From Candidatus Uhrbacteria bacterium (GTDB taxonomy: Bacteria > Patescibacteriota > Patescibacteriia > UBA9934 > GWF2-40-263): 64,000 nt of DNA. Of the stretch, positions 8,930-16,639 are shown piece by piece. Both the position numbers and the translations under genes were made by a program. The stretch covers positions 6,746 to 70,745 of the forward strand of contig JAAZYG010000005.1 in the NCBI GenBank assembly GCA_014239775.1, written 5' to 3'. The notes beneath the pieces are model-generated. The model was not told the origin of the DNA. It searched no databases and saw only the letters and a program-made list of their open reading frames with translations. The stretch's first letter is position 1; every line of letters starts with the position of its first letter.

Positions 8930-10306
8930 TTAAATATTTAATATCGAACCAAACCAATCTTGTAAATCAGTTATCTTAACTCTATTTTGTTTCATGGTAT
9001 CTCTGTCTCTAATGGTTACAGATTTATCATCCAACGTATCAAAATCAACAGTTATACAATAAGGTGTGCCGATCTCATCCTGTCGTCTATACCTCTTTCC
9101 TATAGACTGAGTTTCATCATAATCAACAACCCACTTTTCAGAAACCAAATCTAAGACCTCTTTACTAACACTCTGTAATTCTGGTTTTTTTGACAATGGC
9201 AAAACCGCAATATGAAATGGTGCTATGTGGTTTGGAAACCTCATTAAAACACGCACTTCTCCATTAACTTCCTCCTCATCATAACAACTCAACATCACTG
9301 CAAGCAAGGTTCTATCAACCCCCATTGATGGCTCTATAACATGAGGTACTATCTTTCGTGTGTTGTCATTTGGGTCAGTATAAACCAACTGCTGTCCTGA
9401 ATGTTTTGTGTGATTTTTTAAATCAAAATCGGTCCTATAAGCCAACCCCCAAAGTTCCTTACATCCAAATGGAAAATCAAATTCAAAATCAATTGTTTTA
9501 TTAGAATAATGAGCCAACTTATCTTTTGGAATATCCTTAGCATGAAATCGATCCATATCAATCCCTATACTTTTTGCCCACTCACTCATCCAATCACTCC
9601 AATCCTTAAAATGTTTTTCCCATTCATCTGATTCTACAAAATATTCAATCTCCATCTGTTCAAACTCCAAGGTCCTGAAAATAAAATTTCCAGGTGTAAT
9701 CTCATTACGAAATGCTTTACCGATTTGTGCAATTCCAAACGGAATACGTTTACGAGATGAATCTAGAACCTGCTTAAAATTCACAAATATTGCTTGAGCT
9801 GTTTCAGGTCGTAAATATACACTTGATTTTTCACCTTCTGTAATACCAATACCTGTCTCAAACATTAAATTAAAAGTCTTGACCTTTGTTAGATCATTTC
9901 CATCTGGACTCTTTATTTTATTATCTGTAATTAGCTTATTCAATTCCTTAATACTCATTCCATCCGCATTAACACCTTCAACATTCTCCTCAATTAAATG
10001 ATCGGCACGATACCTTTTATGTGTAACCTTATCTTCAACCAAAGGATCATTAAAAGAATCTACATGCCCTGATGCAACCCATATTTTTGGATTCATTAAA
10101 ATAGAGCCATCTAATCCAACCATGTCCTGACGAGACTCTACTACCCTATGCCACCAATCAGATTTTATATTTTTCCTTAATTGTGCACCAAGAGGACCAT
10201 AATCCCAAGAATTCGCGAGTCCACCATAAATTTCTGAACCAGCAAAGACAAACCCTCGCTTCTTAGCGAGGTTTGATATTTTTTCAATTGTAACAATATT
10301 TTTCAT
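8930..10306 (-). CDS. glyQS: glycine--tRNA ligase (alpha2 type)
   Basis: RGFVFAGSEIYGGLANSWDYGPLG and class II synthetase blocks. ATG at 10306 preferred over TTG at 10318. Confidence 0.9.
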   Translation of the reverse strand: MKNIVTIEKISNLAKKRGFVFAGSEIYGGLANSWDYGPLGAQLRKNIKSDWWHRVVESRQDMVGLDGSILMNPKIWVASGHVDSFNDPLVEDKVTHKRYRADHLIEENVEGVNADGMSIKELNKLITDNKIKSPDGNDLTKVKTFNLMFETGIGITEGEKSSVYLRPETAQAIFVNFKQVLDSSRKRIPFGIAQIGKAFRNEITPGNFIFRTLEFEQMEIEYFVESDEWEKHFKDWSDWMSEWAKSIGIDMDRFHAKDIPKDKLAHYSNKTIDFEFDFPFGCKELWGLAYRTDFDLKNHTKHSGQQLVYTDPNDNTRKIVPHVIEPSMGVDRTLLAVMLSCYDEEEVNGEVRVLMRFPNHIAPFHIAVLPLSKKPELQSVSKEVLDLVSEKWVVDYDETQSIGKRYRRQDEIGTPYCITVDFDTLDDKSVTIRDRDTMKQNRVKITDLQDWFGSILNI

Positions 10307-10331
10307 AGCACTACACAAAGCCTTTTTATGG

Positions 10332-10886
10332 TTACACTGTCATTATTTCTTTTTCTTTATTTACGGCAATATTAGAAATCTGTTCTGTATACTCATTTGT
10401 AAATTTATCTAATTCGTCAAGCATTTTAAATTTCTCATCTTCACTTATGTCCTTGTCTTTTTCTTGTTTCATTATTTGATCTCGTAATTCCTCTCGTACG
10501 TGACGAACCTTAATTCTTGCGTCCTCTATTCTGTCTTTCATGAGCTTGACCATGTTTTTTCTATTATCCTCTGTCATCATTGGCATTACTATCCTAATAA
10601 CATCCCCATCAACCACTGGACTTAATCCTATTCCAGAATCTCTAATAGCCTTTTCCATACTTTGTAACAAGGCTTTATCCCAAGGATCAATAGTAATTGT
10701 CTTTGCATCAGGTATTGTAATAGAAGAAAGGCCTTTCATTTCCATTATAGAGTCATATGCATTCACTGGAATATCCTCTACTAATGCAGGTGTTGCTCTG
10801 CCTGTACGCAAGGATGCCAAATCACCTTGCAAATACTCAATTACTGATTCAAATTTTGGTTTTTGTTGAACTAAAAATGTATGCAT
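10332..10886 (-). CDS. frr: ribosome recycling factor
   Basis: LRTGRATPALVEDI, ITIDPWD and a charged helical C-half. 184 aa. Confidence 0.9.
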   Translation of the reverse strand: MHTFLVQQKPKFESVIEYLQGDLASLRTGRATPALVEDIPVNAYDSIMEMKGLSSITIPDAKTITIDPWDKALLQSMEKAIRDSGIGLSPVVDGDVIRIVMPMMTEDNRKNMVKLMKDRIEDARIKVRHVREELRDQIMKQEKDKDISEDEKFKMLDELDKFTNEYTEQISNIAVNKEKEIMTV

Positions 10887-10898
10887 AGTTTTTTATTG

Positions 10899-11951
10899 TT
10901 ATTCTACAGGTGCAGCTACTCCGACATATAACACCGAACTGTCTTTTGGGTCAACTACTAATACCCTAGGTATTCTATTTGAAGGAAATCTTTCTGTCTT
11001 CCATGTCACACCAGCATCAGCACTTCTATAAAAAATTGAATTAGCTGCAAAGTAAATACGTTTTGGATCTATAGGATCAATTGCAAGTGCTTTTATCTTC
11101 AATTGGCCTGGTGAAGTAAGAAGTTCCAGCGGTTCCCAATTAAGACCAAAATCTTTTGATCGAAGCAATCCGTAAGTTGTTGCAGCTAGTACAACACTAG
11201 AATTTTTATTTTGTGTCATTGTAAAAACCTCTTTAGCACGCTGCAATTTTTCTATATTACTCTCTACAACCTCCCAATTCTGGCCACCATCTGTAGTTCG
11301 TCTTATACCGCTGTTAAAAGTTGATACTATGACATTACGAGTGTCTACATTGCTTATTAAAATTTCTGAAACCTCGCCACCAGATTTAAGCACAGTTTGC
11401 CACGTATCTCCCTTATCATCACTCCTTAAAACATCTCCGTTAGATAATCCTATCCAAATAGTATTACTGTTATACCAATCAATTGAAATACGATTCACTT
11501 TTACACCATCTCGTGTTTCAAGATATGTCTCTGAACTAAAAGTTCTCATACAATCTTTTGTACTGTATACCCTTGATCCTTTTGCAACATAAACATTACA
11601 AACATTTTTTGGATCAACCTTAATATCTAAAACCAAACCTTCTCTGAATGCCTTGTGACGAACCTGGCGCCATGAATTTCCTGCATCCTCACTATAAAGC
11701 ATCCCATTTTTTCGTGTAGCAATGTATGTAAAATTATTATCTTGTGGATCCATTTCCATATTTATAACATTGGTTGTAGCCAAAGTACCTATACCTTGTG
11801 CTGTTGGAACTAAAACAATCTGCCCCCATTCCTCACCAACATTAACTGTTTTAAATACACCACCATCATTAGTTTTTGGACCACTTGAGCCACCAAAACA
11901 ACCTGCTCCAGCAAGAATGATTGGCAATAAAAGTATTAAAAATCTTTTCAT
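10899..11951 (-). CDS. secreted lipoprotein with BNR/Asp-box beta-propeller repeats
   Basis: Lipobox LAGAGC. Repeated D-x-G-x-x-W boxes (DAGNSW, DKGDTW, DGGQNW, DFGLNW, DAGVTW). Confidence 0.7.
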   Translation of the reverse strand: MKRFLILLLPIILAGAGCFGGSSGPKTNDGGVFKTVNVGEEWGQIVLVPTAQGIGTLATTNVINMEMDPQDNNFTYIATRKNGMLYSEDAGNSWRQVRHKAFREGLVLDIKVDPKNVCNVYVAKGSRVYSTKDCMRTFSSETYLETRDGVKVNRISIDWYNSNTIWIGLSNGDVLRSDDKGDTWQTVLKSGGEVSEILISNVDTRNVIVSTFNSGIRRTTDGGQNWEVVESNIEKLQRAKEVFTMTQNKNSSVVLAATTYGLLRSKDFGLNWEPLELLTSPGQLKIKALAIDPIDPKRIYFAANSIFYRSADAGVTWKTERFPSNRIPRVLVVDPKDSSVLYVGVAAPVE

Positions 11952-11956
11952 ATATA

Positions 11957-12922
11957 TTAAGTTAATAAAATATTTTCAAGAATCAAATGTGTGTTTACAT
12001 TGCTTTTTGCAACAATGCGAGCACGTCTAATTTCTTGAAGTAGGTTATATAAATCAATTATTTTAAATTTATTTGTTAATTTGTTAATATCGTCTTTATT
12101 ATTTTTATAAACACACAAATCATTGCAACCAATCTTATTCAACAACACATCTCTTAACACAGACTCCCACCTATCAAGAACTTCATGTAATTTTTTATTT
12201 TTATCAGTCTCTTGCTTTGTAATAATTTCTGTAACAGATTTAAACTTACGCGCTACCGAAGATTGAAACAAATGAGATACAGAAGAAACAACTATATCTA
12301 AATTTGCACGAAAAGATCCGTCCTTAATATATGATATTGCTAAACCTGGTCTGCCAAATGCTAAATCTGAAAATAAATCTGCTTGTTTTTTTCCAATACC
12401 ACTTTTTATAAGAGAGCTACTAATAAGATCACTTGATACTGTATACAAATTAATAACCTGACAACGAGAAACTATTGTTGCAGGCAAATCACTTATTGAA
12501 GTTGCACGTAAAATTAATAATGCTTTTCCATTAGGTTCTTCTAAGGTTTTCAACAAAGCATTCGAAGCACTCACAGATAATTTATCAGCCTCCTTTATAA
12601 AACCTACTTTATAACTACTTGCAAGAGGACTCATTGCCATCTTTTTATTAAACTCACGTATCTGCTCTACTGATATGTTTTGCTTTAACTTATCTTTGTC
12701 AGAAACTGTAGGTAATCTTTTAACAATAGAAACATCTGGTAATGATTCTAGACGATTTTGTGTATTTAATACATTGCGAATCAATTGCGTAATAACAGTT
12801 GTTTTTCCAGTATTTTTAGGACCAACAAAAAGCATACTATGTGGTAACTGATCGTTTTGAACCAATCTTGTAATGATCTCTTGAGCTGTTTTGTGTCCAA
12901 TTATTCCTGAAAATACGCTCAT
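11957..12922 (-). CDS. holB: DNA polymerase III delta-prime subunit
   Basis: LPHSMLFVGPKNTGKTT P-loop-like block and IVSRCQ sensor motif. ATG at 12922 preferred over GTG at 12940. Confidence 0.8.
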   Translation of the reverse strand: MSVFSGIIGHKTAQEIITRLVQNDQLPHSMLFVGPKNTGKTTVITQLIRNVLNTQNRLESLPDVSIVKRLPTVSDKDKLKQNISVEQIREFNKKMAMSPLASSYKVGFIKEADKLSVSASNALLKTLEEPNGKALLILRATSISDLPATIVSRCQVINLYTVSSDLISSSLIKSGIGKKQADLFSDLAFGRPGLAISYIKDGSFRANLDIVVSSVSHLFQSSVARKFKSVTEIITKQETDKNKKLHEVLDRWESVLRDVLLNKIGCNDLCVYKNNKDDINKLTNKFKIIDLYNLLQEIRRARIVAKSNVNTHLILENILLT

Positions 12923-13038
12923 ACTAGCATAGTATATCACACTTTATAATCTAAAACATTCATTACTTCTTGGTTATAATACATATGTATATATTACGAT
13001 TCGATCTTATTTGTCATAAATAACCAACAATTCTAATC

Positions 13039-13072
13039 ATCTTTATTTAGCTGAACTTAGCTAAATAAAGAT
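13039..13072. promoter_or_regulatory. perfect 13-bp inverted repeat just upstream of the island promoter (operator candidate)
   Basis: ATCTTTATTTAGC (13039-13051), 8-nt spacer, GCTAAATAAAGAT (13060-13072). It ends 18 nt before the -35 hexamer. No flanking T-run, so it is not a terminator. Confidence 0.4.
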
Positions 13073-13090
13073 ATTTCTAAATTGTAGGTC

Positions 13091-13119
13091 TTGACAAAAC
13101 TGACAAAAACTGTTATTAT
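13091..13119 (+). promoter_or_regulatory. sigma70-like promoter candidate of the 13-15 kb island
   Basis: TTGACA (13091-13096), 17-nt spacer, TATTAT (13114-13119). Confidence 0.5.
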
Positions 13120-13599
13120 TGTCATGTTGATAATCGGCATGTAAATCATTTATTTGAAAATGCCATACAATTGAATACTGGGGAGAGACCAGTGCTATCT
13201 GTGATTGTACAGATGCTCAATCATATAAAATCGATTTTTGTATGTGTCTTTACCTTGATACATTCAACAATCGGTTTTTTATTAATTAAGATTACGGAGG
13301 AGAGAGTGTACCCGTCCCTTCAAATCCGAAAGGAAGAGATGGGCGGTGGATACCAAATGGAATAACTGGGTTTACTCACTTAATCCATACGCAAGGAATC
13401 CGTTATTCATACCAACTCTTGAGTAGGTCACTGAATTTTTTCCCTCCGTGTTCTGAGTTAATAAAACCAAAAAAACTCTATTTATCTACTGTAGATAAAT
13501 ACTTTAACAAGGCAAGCGAACCAATTGAGATGCTTTGAGCTCTTGGTGACCGCATTGATGTGCATATTGACACATCTAGTCTTTTTCTCAGAGCGCTCC

Positions 13600-13637
13600 C
13601 CCTGATGGATGGGTATTTATATACCCATCCATCAGGG
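13600..13637 (+). other. 17-bp perfect hairpin
   Basis: CCCTGATGGATGGGTAT, loop TTAT, ATACCCATCCATCAGGG. Preceded by the 8-nt palindrome GAGCGCTC (13591-13598). Confidence 0.8.
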
Positions 13638-13664
13638 CCATTATTAATTTAACACAACCCCTTG

Positions 13665-13707
13665 CCCGATCGTAATCTTATTTACAAATAAGACATCTAC
13701 GATCGGG
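13665..13707 (+). other. long composite hairpin
   Basis: Outer 10 bp CCCGATCGTA / TACGATCGGG enclosing inner TCTTATT / AATAAGA. Followed by TTTC. Confidence 0.75.
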
Positions 13708-13763
13708 TTTCTGTCATAATACGCAATTTATTTGTGTGTTATGAAGGAAATCACATAAAAATA

Positions 13764-13826
13764 ATCTGATCTGGAATGAAGTAAATTATCAACTACTTCC
13801 TTCCAGATCAGATCCCCATGGTGGGG
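13764..13826 (+). other. long hairpin plus adjacent short GC hairpin
   Basis: 13-bp perfect ATCTGATCTGGAA / TTCCAGATCAGAT with inner GAAGTA / TACTTC, then CCCCA-TGG-TGGGG (13814-13826). Confidence 0.75.
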
Positions 13827-13887
13827 CTTTGAAAAGGACAGCACTGTGCAAATAAGCACAACACCATCTCAGAAAAGGAGAATTTTA

Positions 13888-15123
13888 ATGCTGCAAAACA
13901 TTTTTGAACCCCCCACCCTCATGGGAATGCAATTTTGTATTCCTGAAAACGACTCGCGTCCGGGCCTGCCGGGCAAGATCGAGGTTCTAGGTCGCAAGGC
14001 CCAGAAGTACTTCACAGGAAAGATAAACTTCCAAGAAAGCCATTTCAACAAAGGTGTTGCCGTCAGTCTGTGCATTCAGGCTGGTCAGGACTGGACCAAG
14101 TTGGGAAGCATTTCTGCGCTGAAAAAGCGTGGTAATGAGCTCCGGCTGATCTCTGAAGCCAGCGTGATTGCTGCTTCTACTGGTCTTCCGGTTGAATGGC
14201 TCGTTAAAGGAACTGAGTCTGTCGAAGGACTGCGAATGATCAAAAAGGCGGTTGAACTCGCTCGAAAGGTCAATCGTAATCACATGTTCTGGAGCAGTGT
14301 AATGACTCCCAGTCAAGTGATTGACCAGGAAATGAACGTCCTTTTGGCTCTGGAAGATGCCCTTATCACCGCACTCAAGACTAACCCCAAGAGTGATGAT
14401 GAGAAGGAAGATCTCAAGCAGAGTACAACGACTGTTGATCTGCGTGACATGGATATGGAGGCTTTCATCGAAGGTCTAGTTCCTGTACCTTCAGAACTTC
14501 CGAAGTTGCCTAGTACCAGGTCTGAATCCGACACCAAAGTCAAGGCAAAAACCTGTACTGACAACAATTGTGTGATCGTGAAGCGGATTGAACTGCATGA
14601 ACCTGGAACCTTGGTGGTTATTAATAACGAACTTCGTTATGTTTGCTGCGGCAAGCATGGCAAATGCCGTTCTTTGATGACACCTGAGGTCGCAAGAGTG
14701 ACTGCAGATGAAAGTAGGCTTCGACGTCAGTACCGGATCCCTGCTTGGAAGCAGATTGTGACTGAAGACTTTCAGTCTGATCGCCACACGGTCTACTGTC
14801 CGAGTTGTTCAAAATTCATCCTCAAGGATGGGTCAAAGACACTCGCACAATGGATCACTTCTGCTGAAGAGACTGAGAGAGATCTTTCTCGAAATGGTAG
14901 GCAAATCGCACGTAGCTTGGGATACAACAATCCCTTGAACAACGACGCCTACCTTGAGCTGGCATTGGCAGAGCCAGGACTGCGTGCTAACGGAATCGTT
15001 GGCCCCAATAAGACCCGAAAAGGTCCAATGGGAATTCGCGCAGCCTTGGCAATCTCCAAGACCAACCCGAATCGTCGTAACGGCAAAAACCGTAGCAACA
15101 ATCGGAATGCTCAACGCTCCTAA
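13888..15123 (+). CDS. orphan 411-aa protein: unassigned N-domain, acidic linker, Cys-rich zinc-ribbon-like region, Arg/Asn/Lys-rich C-terminal tail
   Basis: RBS AAGGAG (13875-13880) sits 7 nt before ATG 13888 (the track starts at GTG 13846). Cysteine clusters CTDNNC ... CCGKHGKC ... CPSC. Tail KTRKGPMG...NPNRRNGKNRSNNRNAQRS. Counted rows are 47-55% G+C versus 32-37% in flanking genes. The many antisense ORFs are typical of GC-rich coding DNA. Confidence 0.7.
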   Translation: MLQNIFEPPTLMGMQFCIPENDSRPGLPGKIEVLGRKAQKYFTGKINFQESHFNKGVAVSLCIQAGQDWTKLGSISALKKRGNELRLISEASVIAASTGLPVEWLVKGTESVEGLRMIKKAVELARKVNRNHMFWSSVMTPSQVIDQEMNVLLALEDALITALKTNPKSDDEKEDLKQSTTTVDLRDMDMEAFIEGLVPVPSELPKLPSTRSESDTKVKAKTCTDNNCVIVKRIELHEPGTLVVINNELRYVCCGKHGKCRSLMTPEVARVTADESRLRRQYRIPAWKQIVTEDFQSDRHTVYCPSCSKFILKDGSKTLAQWITSAEETERDLSRNGRQIARSLGYNNPLNNDAYLELALAEPGLRANGIVGPNKTRKGPMGIRAALAISKTNPNRRNGKNRSNNRNAQRS

Positions 15124-15228
15124 AAAGAGCACTTGTTAATCAATAAAACGATTAACACTTGGGGAACGTAGAAACACTCTTTCTGCGTTCCCCACTCATT
15201 AAAGGTCATAAGACAACTTGTGCTCTTT
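15124..15228 (+). other. structured 3' element (three-way-junction-like) directly after the stop codon
   Basis: Closing helix AAAGAGCAC (15124-15132) / GTGCTCTTT (15220-15228) encloses hairpin GTTAATC / GATTAAC (15135-15157) and the 14-bp hairpin GGGGAACGTAGAAA / TTTCTGCGTTCCCC (15161-15193). Confidence 0.5.
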
Positions 15229-15259
15229 AATGGGTATAGAATTCTCTCCCCAAGAGACC

Positions 15260-15289
15260 AAAATAACATCCTAATAAGGATGTTATTTT
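15260..15289 (+). terminator. intrinsic terminator of the orphan-gene transcript
   Basis: Perfect 12-bp stem AAAATAACATCC / GGATGTTATTTT, loop TAATAA. Confidence 0.65.
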
Positions 15290-15297
15290 GATATAAA

Positions 15298-15323
15298 AAG
15301 AACCCGGAAAAAACCGAGTTCTT
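15298..15323 (+). other. second hairpin after the terminator
   Basis: AAGAACCCGG, A6 loop, CCGAGTTCTT (one mismatch). Confidence 0.5.
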
Positions 15324-15476
15324 CTACTGGCACGACAAACGCACCCTCTCTCTTCATATCTACTTATGTAGACAAAAAACATTAACACATACACAAACTT
15401 TGTCAAGTATCTTAAACAAAGACAATAAAGATAACTAATAATCTCTATAAAAAAAGGCTTTTTATGTTTAAATTAC

Positions 15477-15505
15477 TTGACAAATATCATATTTTTTGTT
15501 AATCT
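15477..15505 (+). promoter_or_regulatory. sigma70-like promoter candidate for the small ORF
   Basis: TTGACA (15477-15482), 17-nt spacer, TAATCT (15500-15505). Confidence 0.4.
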
Positions 15506-15609
15506 AATCTTACAATTCAATCATGTCTATAAAAATAGATATACTACAACTGACTAGAGTGTGTGTTATGTAAATACAAAACCTCACTCTTTAGTATAGA
15601 GGAGGCAAA

Positions 15610-15762
15610 ATGCCTGGAAAGATAGAGGGAAATAAAGCAAACACGCTTAAACAGACGTGTATTACTAGAACTGCACTAAACTTCTGTAATTTTCGTCAAA
15701 CTGACATAAGTCGTAATCCACGACGTTTTCAACCTTGTTACATTTGTCCAGGCGGTGGTTAG
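15610..15762 (+). CDS. 50-aa four-cysteine small protein (hypothetical)
   Basis: Strong RBS AGAGGAGG 6 nt before the ATG. Sequence MPGKIEGNKANTLKQTCITRTALNFCNFRQTDISRNPRRFQPCYICPGGG. It has its own promoter candidate and a terminator. Below the ORF-track cutoff. Confidence 0.5.
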   Translation: MPGKIEGNKANTLKQTCITRTALNFCNFRQTDISRNPRRFQPCYICPGGG

Positions 15763-15802
15763 CTACTTTAACCAAACCTGTCGACTAAAAGTCATCTTAT
15801 CT

Positions 15803-15828
15803 ACGGCCACTAACTCACGGCCGTTTTA
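15803..15828. terminator. hairpin terminator between convergent small ORF and trmB-like gene
   Basis: ACGGCC / GGCCGT stem, 10-nt loop, followed by TTTT. Confidence 0.55.
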
Positions 15829-15830
15829 TG

Positions 15831-16607
15831 TTACTCAAATTTTTGTTTCTTATAATTTTCAGCACCTCTCCATGCTAATTCAAACAAAGCTTTTACAGTA
15901 TCTGCAATTTCCTTACTGGTAATGACCACTGACAAAATAGCTGATTTATATGAAAATAAAAATATATGATTATCTCTCACAACAATACTTCCATGAATCG
16001 GAAACTCACTTGCAGGTATAATTCGTATCTCCCCTTTTCCCATGTGAGGTAATGATACATCTGATTCATCTTCAACAATTGCAAGAACCCTGTGTTCAGT
16101 ATCGCTAGTTCTTAAAGTTGCATGGTGAGCATCTCTGTCGTGCATTACTTCAATTGTATTTTGAACATCCTCAAAAGGAAATATTTCAAAAAATTCACCA
16201 TCTAATTTTTCAAACATTGAACGAACTGTCTTAATCCCTTCAATTCCTTCAAGATATCTGATTTGCGGCTTTGTACCTTCTGCATTAAAAAGAGCCATTA
16301 ACATTGGTAATGTTTTATCTAACTCTGCTCTTTTTTCTGCTATCGCCCTATTTTGAGTATCTAAAATTGCACCAAGTCTTTCTGGAGACTCAGCTGCATA
16401 AAAACGCTTCTTACCTTTTACAAAAGTTGACATAAGACCACGTCCTGACAAAGATTCTATCATGACGTAAGTAGTTGCTCTGTTTACTTTTGATTTATGT
16501 GATATGTCTTGAACAGGTGAAGGACCCAACTCTAAAGCCGCCAGGTACACTGACGCCTCTTTATCAGAGAGTCCTAAATGTTTTAATTCATTGATTAGCT
16601 CATCCAT
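15831..16607 (-). CDS. TrmB-family transcriptional regulator
   Basis: N-terminal winged HTH LGLSDKEASVYLAALELGPSPVQDISHKSKVNRATTYVMIESL. TrmB-like C-domain length. Confidence 0.75.
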   Translation of the reverse strand: MDELINELKHLGLSDKEASVYLAALELGPSPVQDISHKSKVNRATTYVMIESLSGRGLMSTFVKGKKRFYAAESPERLGAILDTQNRAIAEKRAELDKTLPMLMALFNAEGTKPQIRYLEGIEGIKTVRSMFEKLDGEFFEIFPFEDVQNTIEVMHDRDAHHATLRTSDTEHRVLAIVEDESDVSLPHMGKGEIRIIPASEFPIHGSIVVRDNHIFLFSYKSAILSVVITSKEIADTVKALFELAWRGAENYKKQKFE

Positions 16608-16639
16608 AAATATATTTCTATCTTTTTATTTCAAAAACA

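Larger units (their letters stand above)
13126..13887 (+). ncRNA. ~750-nt ORF-free, hairpin-dense leader / candidate structured RNA(s) upstream of the orphan gene
   Basis: No RBS-preceded ORF lies between the promoter and ATG 13888. It contains several long perfect hairpins (listed separately) and a closed domain ACGGAGG (13294-13300) / CCTCCGT (13443-13449). No known RNA family recognised. Confidence 0.4.

Noticed and set aside
13298-13345. GGAGGAGAGAG ... CCGAAAGGAAG resembling glycine-riboswitch or RNase P core strings
   Set aside because: Only short fragments match. The conserved ACCGAAGGGGCAA (glycine) and GAGGAAAGUCC (RNase P) cores are absent.
13171-13365. 64-aa plus-strand ORF inside the structured leader
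   Set aside because: It has a TTG start without an RBS and crosses predicted helices. The sequence is low-complexity and junk-like. It is more likely noncoding.
13869-15139. Eight further ORFs in the track (60-110 aa) overlapping the 411-aa orphan gene: seven antisense and one same-strand in another frame
   Set aside because: Stop-codon-poor alternative frames are expected in ~50% G+C coding DNA. None has an RBS, and they overlap each other in different frames.
13180-15252. GGGGAGAGA (13180-13188) and TCTCTCCCC (15244-15252) as terminal inverted repeats of a mobile element
   Set aside because: A 9-nt complementary match between ~750-nt and ~300-nt flanks is expected about once by chance. 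There are no longer TIRs, target-site duplications or a transposase.
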